A stretch of 64,000 bases of DNA, from assembly GCA_034722055.1 (NCBI GenBank), contig JAYENL010000314.1, positions 26,641 to 90,640 of the forward strand, read 5' to 3'. The translations under genes and the position numbers were made by a program. Source of the stretch: Armatimonadota bacterium (GTDB taxonomy: Bacteria > Armatimonadota > Zipacnadia > Zipacnadales > UBA5352). Of the stretch, positions 27,505-36,427 are shown one piece after another; position 1 is the first letter of the stretch; every line of letters begins with the position of its first letter. The notes below the pieces were generated by a model. That model did no database searches and was not told where the DNA came from. It was given only the letters and a program-made list of their open reading frames with translations.

Positions 27505-30123
27505 TCAGCCCTCCGCCGTCCGCAGCAGCGTGTCGGCGATATGGAAGCGGCAGGGTCTGGGGATGCCCCAGCCGGGGTAGTACATCATCTTGATGAGCTC
27601 CCCGCGTATCTCCATCCCCGGCTCGTCTCGGGAGTAGATCATCGAGCCGGTCTCCCTGGCCTCCACGCGGTCGATGATGAAGGCCTGCGTCAGCGTCCCG
27701 CCCAGGTCCACCACCAGGCACCGTCCCTCCAGCCCCTCCGGCAGCTCCGCGTCGGTCTCGAAGGCGTCGAACTCGTCGCCGGCCTCGACTCGATGCGTGG
27801 CGATGACCTCACCCTGGTGCCAGCCGGGCCCGGAGAGGTCGATGTCCCCTGCGGCCAGGCGCGTGGCGTCAACCCCGTAGGCGTGCACGGGCCGGTCGCC
27901 GTCGAAGCGCAGGTGGGCGAAGCGGCCCGCGAAGGTCACGCCGCCGGCGGTGGCGTGTTCGGCGAAGGGGCCGTCATCGGCGGAGCTGAGGATCAGGTCG
28001 GTGCGGCCGTCGGCCAGCGTCACCCGCAGGCCGACGTCCATCGGCCCGCCCCACTGGACGGGCTCGATGGACTGCACGTTCGGCCGCCCCTGGAAGGCAT
28101 CGTGGACCGCCACGAAGACCGACTCCCCGCTGGTGCGGCGCACGTCGATGAAGTCCGCGTATCCCTCGTGGCGCATGGCCGGGCCGCGCGCGACGATCAC
28201 TCGCGTCCCCGGCGCCCCCAGCACGTGCGTCCGGAGGCTGGAGCCGGCCTGGTAGTCGAACTGCGCGGTCCACCCCTCTCCCGTGTCCGCGGCCCGCAGC
28301 ATGTCCAGGTACTGGTGCAGCACGCCCTCCATGGGCGTGAGGTCCAGCGAGGTCGTCAGCGTGTAGGGGTCCTGCAGGCAGCCGTGCAGCATCCAGTCAT
28401 GCGTCTCCCCGCCGCGGACGCGGAAGATGTCCACCGCGTAGACCTGGCTGCCGTCTATGCGCACCAGGGCCACCGTGCGGCGGTAGATCTCCGGCTCCGG
28501 ATACCACGCGCGCTCGCCCTCGGCCTCCGCCACCTGCACGGTATCCCAGTCGGGGCAGAAGCAGCGCAGCTTGGGGTCATTGAGTGCGTTCCCGTGGCCG
28601 CCGTCCCGGTAGCGCCAGTTGGGGATGTCGATGGTCATGCCGGCGTGCTGCGAGATGCCCTCCATGGCGTCGGCCTCGGTAATCGGCCGCCGGTGGCTCT
28701 CGTGCGGGAAGCGCCCCTGCTGGTTCTGCTCGTCGATGACCACCGTGTTGTGCCCCGCGGTCATGGTCTGCCACTCGCGGGTGGAGGGCCAGTCGTCTGG
28801 GGCGCGGTACTTGGTCTCCGAGAGGTGCTCGCGGCCCCCGGCGAAGAGGATGATGCTCAGGGCGTCGTAGTGCTCGTGGCCGTGGGTGCCGGAGTAGTGG
28901 AGGTGAAGCTGCGCCTGGTCGTCGCCCTCGCCAGTCCCCAGGATGGCGTGCCCCATGCAGCCAAGGATGCGCGGGTAGGAGCGCTGGGGCTTGCTGTCCC
29001 ACCAGGCGCCGTGGGGGAATGAGGCGTCGTGGAGCTTGGCGTAGTCCTTGTTCGGGAAGGTCAGCTTCTTGAGGGCGTCCCACATGCGCTGGTGCTGGCG
29101 GGCGTACTCCGCCGCCAGGTCCAGGTGGTCGTATCGCGGCAGGTCGATCTCGCAGGTGTAGCCGGGCGGGTCGGAGTAGCCCTCTACCGCCGCCGGCGCC
29201 CTCCGGGTCAGGCCCACAGTAATGTCTTTATGGTAGCTCGGCGAGCCCTCATGCCAGAATCCGTCGGCGTAGTACATGGCGTTGATGATATAGCGATAGC
29301 GCTGCACGGCGATGTGCACGTAGTGGGGCTCGGGGATGGCCATGCCATACAGCGGCAGCGAGCGGAGCATGTAGTGCGTGAGGTTCCCCAGGCCCAGCGG
29401 CCGCTCCAGGTAATGCTCGGGGATGTGGCGGATCAGGTCTCGCTCGATCTGCTCCACCGCGCCCAACTGCTGCATGGCGCCCGAGGCGTGGATCATGTCA
29501 AAGGCCCGGACCACGGGCAGTCCGAACTCGATGTCGGAGACGAACCACACGCCCCACAGGCCGTTGGCGTCCCACGCCCGGCGGTAGGCCTCATCGTCCT
29601 GGTCGCGCAGCTGCCCCTCGCGCGTGACCAGCGGCCACTGCGGCATGACCTGTGCGTAGCGCTGCAGGATCAGCGCGCAGCGGCGGGCGGCGTTGGCGTC
29701 GCCGGTCAGCCGCCACAGGCGGGCCAGGTCCCAGGCCACCAGCCGCATGGCGATGTTGCTGTCATCCAGCGCACCGCGCTCGGTGATCTGCGCCCGCAGC
29801 TCATCCTCGGAGACCTCCAGCCAGGGAGCCGTCAGCGCCGCCAGGATTCGCGCCGCCCGCTCCCCGGGGTCCGCCTCTCCAGTGGTCTGGTGTAGCCGGA
29901 AGAGCAGGTCGGCCGCCGCGCGGGGCGGCGCGTTCTCCTCCGCGAGCGGCTGGCGCGGCTTCACGCTCGCCAGCAGCTCATCGTCGCTCTGCGGGAAGCG
30001 ATCCTCGAGCCGCTCCCGCGTCGCTTCAGGATCGCACTCGTAGCTGAGGAACGGCCGCTGCGCCACGGCCTGTATCGTCGAGCTGACCAGGAGCACGACT
30101 GCCACCAGCAGCATTGCACGCAT
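27505..30123 (-). CDS. Secreted heparinase II/III-like polysaccharide lyase (alginate-lyase-like alpha toroid plus heparinase II/III C-terminal domain)
   Basis: Signal peptide 'MRAMLLVAVVLLVSSTIQAVAQ'. Heparinase II/III hallmark 'HYSGTHGHEHYDALSIILFAGGREHL...AGHNTVVID'. The true start is the ATG at 30123; the track ORF extends further upstream. Confidence 0.7.
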   Translation of the reverse strand: MRAMLLVAVVLLVSSTIQAVAQRPFLSYECDPEATRERLEDRFPQSDDELLASVKPRQPLAEENAPPRAAADLLFRLHQTTGEADPGERAARILAALTAPWLEVSEDELRAQITERGALDDSNIAMRLVAWDLARLWRLTGDANAARRCALILQRYAQVMPQWPLVTREGQLRDQDDEAYRRAWDANGLWGVWFVSDIEFGLPVVRAFDMIHASGAMQQLGAVEQIERDLIRHIPEHYLERPLGLGNLTHYMLRSLPLYGMAIPEPHYVHIAVQRYRYIINAMYYADGFWHEGSPSYHKDITVGLTRRAPAAVEGYSDPPGYTCEIDLPRYDHLDLAAEYARQHQRMWDALKKLTFPNKDYAKLHDASFPHGAWWDSKPQRSYPRILGCMGHAILGTGEGDDQAQLHLHYSGTHGHEHYDALSIILFAGGREHLSETKYRAPDDWPSTREWQTMTAGHNTVVIDEQNQQGRFPHESHRRPITEADAMEGISQHAGMTIDIPNWRYRDGGHGNALNDPKLRCFCPDWDTVQVAEAEGERAWYPEPEIYRRTVALVRIDGSQVYAVDIFRVRGGETHDWMLHGCLQDPYTLTTSLDLTPMEGVLHQYLDMLRAADTGEGWTAQFDYQAGSSLRTHVLGAPGTRVIVARGPAMRHEGYADFIDVRRTSGESVFVAVHDAFQGRPNVQSIEPVQWGGPMDVGLRVTLADGRTDLILSSADDGPFAEHATAGGVTFAGRFAHLRFDGDRPVHAYGVDATRLAAGDIDLSGPGWHQGEVIATHRVEAGDEFDAFETDAELPEGLEGRCLVVDLGGTLTQAFIIDRVEARETGSMIYSRDEPGMEIRGELIKMMYYPGWGIPRPCRFHIADTLLRTAEG

Positions 30124-30152
30124 TGTCGCACGCTCCCGTCCCGTTTCCGCGG

Positions 30153-32144
30153 TCACTCCACCACCAGCGAGGGTGCCGGGAAGAAGTAGTGCACCACGAT
30201 CCAGAACGTCAGGATGACGCTCACGCCCAGGATGAGGCCGAATGCCAGCGGTCGAAGGCGATTGAAGGCCCGGAAGCCGCCGAACTTGACCACGGTGACC
30301 TTCCACAGCCAGCCGATGAAGATCGACATCCAGTAGCGGCTGATAGGCCAGCCCAGCCAGGCCACGTATCCCAGCGGATGCAGCGGCCACCACACGAACC
30401 GCCGGCGCAGGGCCACCAGGCTCCAGGTGAGGCCCGCACCCAGCGCCAGGCCGATCCAGTCCGCCAGGCCCATCGCCGAGGGCGTCTGCAGATACCGGGC
30501 CAGGCGGGTGGTGGTGTTCAGACCCGAGCCGCTGGGCCACCAGCCCAGCTTGGGCACACTCCAGTTGTAGATAACATACAGCGACGTCACATGGCTGCAG
30601 AGAATGGCCACAATGACCGCCAGCATGGCCACCAGGACGATCTGGGCGCGATGGGCCTTCATCTCCGCGCCGACCTTCAGCCCCTGCGCCACCGCCGCCA
30701 TGTTCATGGTGGCAGTGGAGCGGATCTGCGTCCAGCTCGTGGCGGTCATCAGCGCGATGTTGTGTGCTCCCACGCGCTCGGTGCCGGCGATCTCGAAGAT
30801 GGCCTCGTTGAGCCGGAAGGGGCTGGAGTAGATGAACATGCCGGCCTCGCAGACCACGCGCGCCACGACCATCCCCACCAGCGGGAAGGCGGCATACTGC
30901 ACGATGGCCCACAGCGTGTCCATGCCGACGTATGAGCACCACCACACGATGAAGGCGAAGGCGCCCAAGAACCCCAGCACGGAGAGCCGGTAGGGCTCAT
31001 CCGCGTCAGCCGCCTCCGGCCTGCGGCGGACCGTGCCGAAGGCGACGCCCACGGCCTTGCGGAGGTGGTCGCGGGCCGACCACAGCAGGGCCCCGGCCAG
31101 AACCGCATAGCCCCCGATGGTCTGGAACTCGAAGAACTGGTAGTGGCCCACATCCACGCCCACAGCGATGCGCACGAACTGCTGGATTCGCTGGAACCAC
31201 CAGAAGAACCACAGCGAGAAGCCCACCTCGGCGGTGAGAAGGTAGGCGATGCCGACCATCTCGGGGTAGAGGTGCCTGGGGATGTTGTTGAAGGCCGACC
31301 ACGGGCCGCCGAGGGTGGTGCGGATGGTTTCCTGCAACTGGATGTCGGGGATGGCCGGCCAGTAGGCGTGCAGGCCCTTGATGGAGTAGAGGATGCACGC
31401 GGAGGCGAAGGCGATCCACATCAGGGGGCTGTGCATCAGCTCCGCGGCGCCGCTCGGCTCCCCCTCCACCACCTCCACCGGCACCTGCACCAGCGGGTAC
31501 AGCAGACGCTCCTCCCGCTCCCACCGATGCGCCAGGGCGGTCATGAAGCACAGGACCATCCAGTAGATGGCGAAGAAGAACGGCGTCCACACCAGCAGCG
31601 GGGTCACCCAGGCCCGCCAGGGGACGCTCCGGCCCGGCGGAAGGCCCTCGTAGGCCCAGCGGACGGCCGCGGCCTCCGGGGCGGTGTCAGGCACGAGCAT
31701 GGGGTTGAGGTCCTCGAGATACAGCTCCGGCGGCGCGATGTCGGGCGTGGCGTAGTACACGATGCCCAGCAGGTTCAGGTAGACGTGCTGGGCGAACTCC
31801 TGGCCGGCGATGGCTCCCACCACCAGGAGCATCAGGAAGACCAGCAGCAACTCCCGAGCATTGAGCCGCAGTCGCCTCGTGACGCGGCCGATCAGCCGCA
31901 TGGCGGCGTTGGCGCCGATCAGGGCGAGGAGGATGCACACGGCGCCGCGCGGGAGGTAGCCGGTGCCGATGATCTCGTAGCGGAGGAAGACCCCGAAGCA
32001 GCCCACCACGGTGAAGAAGACCACCATGATGAGGCCCACGATGACGGCGCGGGCGGTGACCCCGGAGAGCCCCGCCCGCTCCTCGGCCTCCGCAACCACC
32101 TGCTCATCGGTGCTGGAGGGGGTATCCAACGCCAGCGCGCTCAC
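30153..32144 (-). CDS. Large polytopic membrane protein of unknown function (about 14 TM helices), upstream of the lyase in the same operon
   Basis: 663 aa and highly hydrophobic throughout. The 30-nt gap to the lyase start implies co-transcription. Confidence 0.6.
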   Translation of the reverse strand: MSALALDTPSSTDEQVVAEAEERAGLSGVTARAVIVGLIMVVFFTVVGCFGVFLRYEIIGTGYLPRGAVCILLALIGANAAMRLIGRVTRRLRLNARELLLVFLMLLVVGAIAGQEFAQHVYLNLLGIVYYATPDIAPPELYLEDLNPMLVPDTAPEAAAVRWAYEGLPPGRSVPWRAWVTPLLVWTPFFFAIYWMVLCFMTALAHRWEREERLLYPLVQVPVEVVEGEPSGAAELMHSPLMWIAFASACILYSIKGLHAYWPAIPDIQLQETIRTTLGGPWSAFNNIPRHLYPEMVGIAYLLTAEVGFSLWFFWWFQRIQQFVRIAVGVDVGHYQFFEFQTIGGYAVLAGALLWSARDHLRKAVGVAFGTVRRRPEAADADEPYRLSVLGFLGAFAFIVWWCSYVGMDTLWAIVQYAAFPLVGMVVARVVCEAGMFIYSSPFRLNEAIFEIAGTERVGAHNIALMTATSWTQIRSTATMNMAAVAQGLKVGAEMKAHRAQIVLVAMLAVIVAILCSHVTSLYVIYNWSVPKLGWWPSGSGLNTTTRLARYLQTPSAMGLADWIGLALGAGLTWSLVALRRRFVWWPLHPLGYVAWLGWPISRYWMSIFIGWLWKVTVVKFGGFRAFNRLRPLAFGLILGVSVILTFWIVVHYFFPAPSLVVE

Positions 32145-32300
32145 TCCCCATTCGGATCTCTCGGGTCCATGCCCAGGGGCGGGAGCCCTATCATTCCGTC
32201 CTCACCGGCCGCACACCTGCCGGCACCGAAGGGGGGAGCGGCGGCGGCGGCGAATACTTCACTGTCGGCATCACTGGGATTTCGCGGAGAAGCGACTCTC

Positions 32301-35177
32301 ATGGGGCGTCTGCTCGACCGCAGTGTGCCGGAGCGCCTTGGCCTGGCCGTAGGGCTGAGCCTCTTCCTGCTCGTGCTGCTGTTGGATGGCCTGGGGCGAC
32401 TTCAGGGCCTGGAGAACACGCTCCTGGGCGTGCGCTACGAGCTCCGTGGCCCCCGCGATCCCGCCGCGGAGGTCGTGCTGATCCCGTTTGAGGAGGGCAG
32501 CATTTTCGCCGGGGAGGGCGCTCTGCCATGGTCGCGGCAGGGCCTGGCGGGAGTGGTGGCGCGGCTGGATCAGGCCGGCGCTGCCGTCATCGGCCTGGAC
32601 CTGCCGGCGCTGGCCGGGGGGGTCATCCCCCCGCTGAGACCGGGCGAGGATCGGATGCTGGCGGCGGCGATGAAGGCGCATGGGGGGGTGGTGCTGCCCA
32701 TGGTCATCCGGGAGACGGCCTCCGCGGCGCCGCCATCAGACGCCGCGAACCGCTTCGCGCTGGGGCCGGGGAGGCTACCCAGGCCCGCGCACCTCCGGCC
32801 GGGCCATCTGGCGGTGCCCTCCAGGACTCTGTGCGAGGCGGCCGCGGGGCTGGGCACCACGAACATCTACCCCGACCTCGACGGCTCCACCATCGAGGCG
32901 CCTCTGGCGGCCTCCTGGGGGAGCACCATCTACCCGTCATTCTGGCTGGAGCTGGTGCGGGTGCTGGAGGGGCTCCCACCCGGCGCCGCCGAGATGGCCG
33001 AGGGCGAGGTTCGCGTGGGCCCCCGGAGCTACGCCGTCGATCCCCAGGCGGAGATCCTGATCAACTACGTGGGCAAGTACCGTCAGTTCCCGCGCCTTCC
33101 CTACCACTCCGCGACCGAGATGCCTCTGGCGAACCTTCGCAGCGTTGTCGAGGGGAGGATCGTGCTGGTAGGCAACGACCTGGCGGGCGTGACATCCATG
33201 CTGCGCACGCCGACCTCGCCGCTGATGCCGGGCGTTGAGATCGCCGCCACCGTGACGGAGAATCTGGCGGCGGCCACCATGCTCCGGCGGGCGCCGGCCT
33301 GGCTGGTGTGGGTGGCCACGCTGGTGCTGGTGCTGTGCGCGGGATGGATGACGGCCCGGGCGTCGCCGCTGGGCGGGGTGTTCATGACCCTGATACTGCT
33401 GGGCGTTACGGCGGTCGCGGGTCTAGCGCTGTTCATGGTGGGCGTCTACGTGGCGGTCGTCCCGGCCTTGCTGGCCGTGGCCCTGACGGGCGGGACTCTC
33501 ACGGTCACTTCTGCCGCGGAGGCCGAGCGCCACCGGACAGAGGCGGAGGGGCGGCTGCAGTCGCGGCTGCAGGCCATCGCCGGCATCGGCCGCCTGGTGA
33601 ACTCCAGCCTGGACGACGAGCAGCTTCTCGTGGAGATCCTCCGCTGGGCGGAGAGCGAGATCAACGCCGAGGCCTGCTCGCTGCTTCTCATGGAGCCGGA
33701 CGGTGAGACGCTGCGGTTTGAGGTGGCGCTGGGCGAGAAGGGGCACATGCTCAAGGACATCCGCCTCCGCGTTGGCGAGGGCCTGGCCGGGACGGCAGCA
33801 GCTACCCGCGAGCCCATCGTGGCCGACGACGTGACAGGCGATGAGCGCTGGAGCCGGGATGTGGCCTACGCCATCGACTACGAGACCGAGTCCATCGCCT
33901 GCGTGCCCATGGTGCTGCGGGACGAGGTCCTGGGCGTGATCGAGGTCATCAACAAGCGGGGCGGGAGGTTCGGCGACTACGACATCCAGCTTCTGCAGGT
34001 GATCGCCCACCAGTCGGCGCTGTTCCTGGAGAACGCGCGTCTGTATCGGGCGCTGTCGGAGAAGGTGGACCTGGCCAACGAGGAGCTGCGGCAGGCCAAC
34101 GAGCGCCTGCAGTTCGAGATGGCGCGCATCGCCACTCTGGTGGACGAGATGGGTGATGCGGTGGTGGCCACCGACGAGGCCGACCAAGTGGTGATCTTCA
34201 ACAACGCTGCGGAGCGCATCTTCGGCATCAAGGAGAGCGAGGCTCGCGGTCGGCAGGCGGTCACCGTCTTCGATCATCCTGAGCTGGCCAGGCTCTTCGG
34301 CATGCCCCTGTCGCCGCACGGTGGCTCCTACGAGACGGAGATCACCCTCGACGGGGCTCAGCCGCTGGTGGTGCGGGCCCAGATCGCGCTTATCGAGCAG
34401 CCCGGTCAGGCGGAGGTGGGCAAGTGCGCGGTGTTCAGCGACATCACGCACCTCAAAGAGCTGGACCGCATGAAGACCGACCTCATCTCGTTCGTCTCCC
34501 ACGAGCTGAAGAACCCCATCTCGTCGCTGCAGGGGGCTTGCCGCCTGCTGCACGACCGCCTGGACGTGGAGGACCCCCGCACCGGAAGGCTGCTGGAGAT
34601 CGCCTCCCGACAGGGGCGCCGGATGCAGCACCTGGTGCAGGGCTTCCTGGACCTGTCCCGGATCGAGGCCGGGCACCCGCTGGAGCTCAACTGGGAAGAG
34701 GTGACTGACCTTCGGGGGCTGATCGGGGAGGTGATGTCCTTGATCCGCGGCATGGGCTCGGAGCACCACCTGCACGCTGAGGTGGATGAGGACCTGCCGG
34801 CCTTCTGGGCCGACCGTGAGAAGCTGGAGGCAGTCCTCATCAACCTCATTGACAACGCGGTCAAATACTCACCGGACGGCGGCGATGTCACGGTCCGGGC
34901 CCTGCTGCGCGATGAGCGGGTGATGATTGAGGTGGAGGACGAGGGAGTGGGGATCCGGGAGGAGGACCTTCCCAAGCTCTTCAAGAGCTTCCAGCGGATC
35001 CACGACTCCACCTACGGGCGGGTGAGCGGCACCGGCGTGGGACTCTACATCTGCAAGCACATCATTGAGGCGCATGGGGGAGACATCACGGTGGAGAGCA
35101 CCTGGGGGGAGGGATCCATCTTCCGCCTGCACATCCCCCTGCGCGAGGCGCCGCCGGAGGGCGCGGCGGACCGATGA
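32301..35177 (+). CDS. CHASE2-TM-GAF-PAS sensor histidine kinase
   Basis: ATG at 32301. N-terminal TM helix plus an extracytoplasmic CHASE2-like domain, then 3-4 TM helices ('WLVWVATLVLVLCAGW...'). A GAF domain ('LLLMEPDGETLRFEVALGE...GLAGTAAAT') and a PAS-like segment follow. HisKA H-box 'FVSHELKNPISSLQG' and HATPase_c N/G boxes ('LINLIDNAVKYS', 'GTGVGLYICK') are present. Confidence 0.85.
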   Translation: MGRLLDRSVPERLGLAVGLSLFLLVLLLDGLGRLQGLENTLLGVRYELRGPRDPAAEVVLIPFEEGSIFAGEGALPWSRQGLAGVVARLDQAGAAVIGLDLPALAGGVIPPLRPGEDRMLAAAMKAHGGVVLPMVIRETASAAPPSDAANRFALGPGRLPRPAHLRPGHLAVPSRTLCEAAAGLGTTNIYPDLDGSTIEAPLAASWGSTIYPSFWLELVRVLEGLPPGAAEMAEGEVRVGPRSYAVDPQAEILINYVGKYRQFPRLPYHSATEMPLANLRSVVEGRIVLVGNDLAGVTSMLRTPTSPLMPGVEIAATVTENLAAATMLRRAPAWLVWVATLVLVLCAGWMTARASPLGGVFMTLILLGVTAVAGLALFMVGVYVAVVPALLAVALTGGTLTVTSAAEAERHRTEAEGRLQSRLQAIAGIGRLVNSSLDDEQLLVEILRWAESEINAEACSLLLMEPDGETLRFEVALGEKGHMLKDIRLRVGEGLAGTAAATREPIVADDVTGDERWSRDVAYAIDYETESIACVPMVLRDEVLGVIEVINKRGGRFGDYDIQLLQVIAHQSALFLENARLYRALSEKVDLANEELRQANERLQFEMARIATLVDEMGDAVVATDEADQVVIFNNAAERIFGIKESEARGRQAVTVFDHPELARLFGMPLSPHGGSYETEITLDGAQPLVVRAQIALIEQPGQAEVGKCAVFSDITHLKELDRMKTDLISFVSHELKNPISSLQGACRLLHDRLDVEDPRTGRLLEIASRQGRRMQHLVQGFLDLSRIEAGHPLELNWEEVTDLRGLIGEVMSLIRGMGSEHHLHAEVDEDLPAFWADREKLEAVLINLIDNAVKYSPDGGDVTVRALLRDERVMIEVEDEGVGIREEDLPKLFKSFQRIHDSTYGRVSGTGVGLYICKHIIEAHGGDITVESTWGEGSIFRLHIPLREAPPEGAADR

Positions 35178-35383
35178 GAGATCACCGGCTGCGGGAGGGG
35201 GACGTGGTGCGCCTGAAGAAGCCCCATCCCTGTGGGGCCAATGCCTGGGAGGTCATGCGGCTGGGCATGGACATCAAGCTCCGGTGCACCGGCTGCGGAC
35301 ACATCATACGCATGGCGCGGTCGCGCCTGGAACGTCGCATTCGGGGGTACGTGGAAGACGACGGGGACGGTGGGGAGGCGTGA
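35174..35383 (+). CDS. DUF951 family small protein
   Basis: Its 'DVVRLKKPHPCGANAWEVMRLGMDIKLRCTGCGH' block matches the DUF951 consensus from memory (database confirmation still needed). An ATGA start/stop overlap with the kinase gene. Confidence 0.65.
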   Translation: MRDHRLREGDVVRLKKPHPCGANAWEVMRLGMDIKLRCTGCGHIIRMARSRLERRIRGYVEDDGDGGEA

Positions 35384-35853
35384 AGGAGGCGCAGTTCTTG
35401 CGCCAGACCTTCGCCAGGCTGCCCACGGCCGATTGTGAGGGCTGCCACGGCTGCGCCTCGCGCTGTGTGGGCAATCTTCGCATCACGCGGACCGAGTTCG
35501 AGGCCATTGGCGACTACCTCGGTGGCGGGATGTACTTCCCCGCCGCTCGGACCAACGCGCAGATGGTGGTGCCGTGCGAGTTCAGCGAGCCGGATGGGCC
35601 GCACTGTGTCATCTACCCGGTGCGACCGCTGATCTGTCGCCTCTTCGGGATAGTGCCGTGGCTGCCGTGCCCGCTCGGGCGGGCCCTGCCGACGGTCCCC
35701 GACGCGGCGGAGATCATGCAGCAGTATCAGCAGTTCGAGCGCCACAGCTTCCGGCAGTGGCTGCGCTGCGGCCCATCGCGCGGGACCGTCCTGGCGCCGG
35801 ATGCAGCGACACGCACAGGAAGGATGCAGACATCGAGACATGGCAACAGTTGA
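35380..35853 (+). CDS. Cysteine-cluster protein (YkgJ/UPF0153-like putative Fe-S or Zn-binding protein)
   Basis: GTG start overlapping the DUF951 stop. 'CEGCHGCASRC' plus a downstream 'CEF...C...C' cysteine cluster. Low-similarity call. Confidence 0.4.
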   Translation: MKEAQFLRQTFARLPTADCEGCHGCASRCVGNLRITRTEFEAIGDYLGGGMYFPAARTNAQMVVPCEFSEPDGPHCVIYPVRPLICRLFGIVPWLPCPLGRALPTVPDAAEIMQQYQQFERHSFRQWLRCGPSRGTVLAPDAATRTGRMQTSRHGNS

Positions 35854-36283
35854 GAGCATGGTGCAGATCGACGCTTCCGTTGACCGCGTGTATGAGATCG
35901 CCCGCGACATCGAGGCCTTCCCGGAGTTCATGGATGACGTGGTTGAGGTGGAGATCCTGGAGCAGACCCCGGAGCGGCAGGTGAGCCGCTGGGTGGGGCT
36001 GATCAAGGAGTTCAATCGCACCATCGAGTGGACCGAGGAGGACCTCTGGGACGCCGAGGAGCGGAGCTGTCGCTTCTGCATGCTGGAGGGCGACTTCACC
36101 GCCTACAGCGGCATCTGGCTCTTCGAGGAGGTTGACGGCGGGACGGTGGCGAACCTCACCGTGGAATACGAGTACGATGTCCCGCTGATCGGTCCGCTGA
36201 TCAAGAAGCTCCTGCACCGCAAGGTTCAGGAGAACTGTGATAACATGCTCGAGGCCATCAAGGACAGGGCCGAGAGCGAGTGA
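35840..36283 (+). CDS. SRPBCC-superfamily protein (polyketide cyclase/dehydrase-like, START/Bet v1 fold)
   Basis: 147 aa, 'VDRVYEIARDIEAFPEFM...'. Its length and hydrophobic periodicity are typical of PF03364/PF10604. Confidence 0.55.
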   Translation: MATVESMVQIDASVDRVYEIARDIEAFPEFMDDVVEVEILEQTPERQVSRWVGLIKEFNRTIEWTEEDLWDAEERSCRFCMLEGDFTAYSGIWLFEEVDGGTVANLTVEYEYDVPLIGPLIKKLLHRKVQENCDNMLEAIKDRAESE

Positions 36284-36427
36284 GTCGTGGACTGCTCCCG
36301 GCCGGAGCATCGTGATCGCCGGCGCAGTGTTGTGTCGGCCGCAGCTTGAGCGCGGGGTGCGGTTGTGATATACTGCGCCGGAGGCTGCATCGGATCCGGC
36401 CGGGCGCATCGAAAGGTGAGGTGCGAG

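Noticed and set aside
32011-32352. The upstream part of the supplied 31065-35177 ORF as an N-terminal extension of the histidine kinase
   Set aside because: The first 412 codons are antisense to the 14-TM membrane protein gene and are low complexity. The real kinase starts at ATG 32301, where the CHASE2-like domain with its leading TM helix begins.
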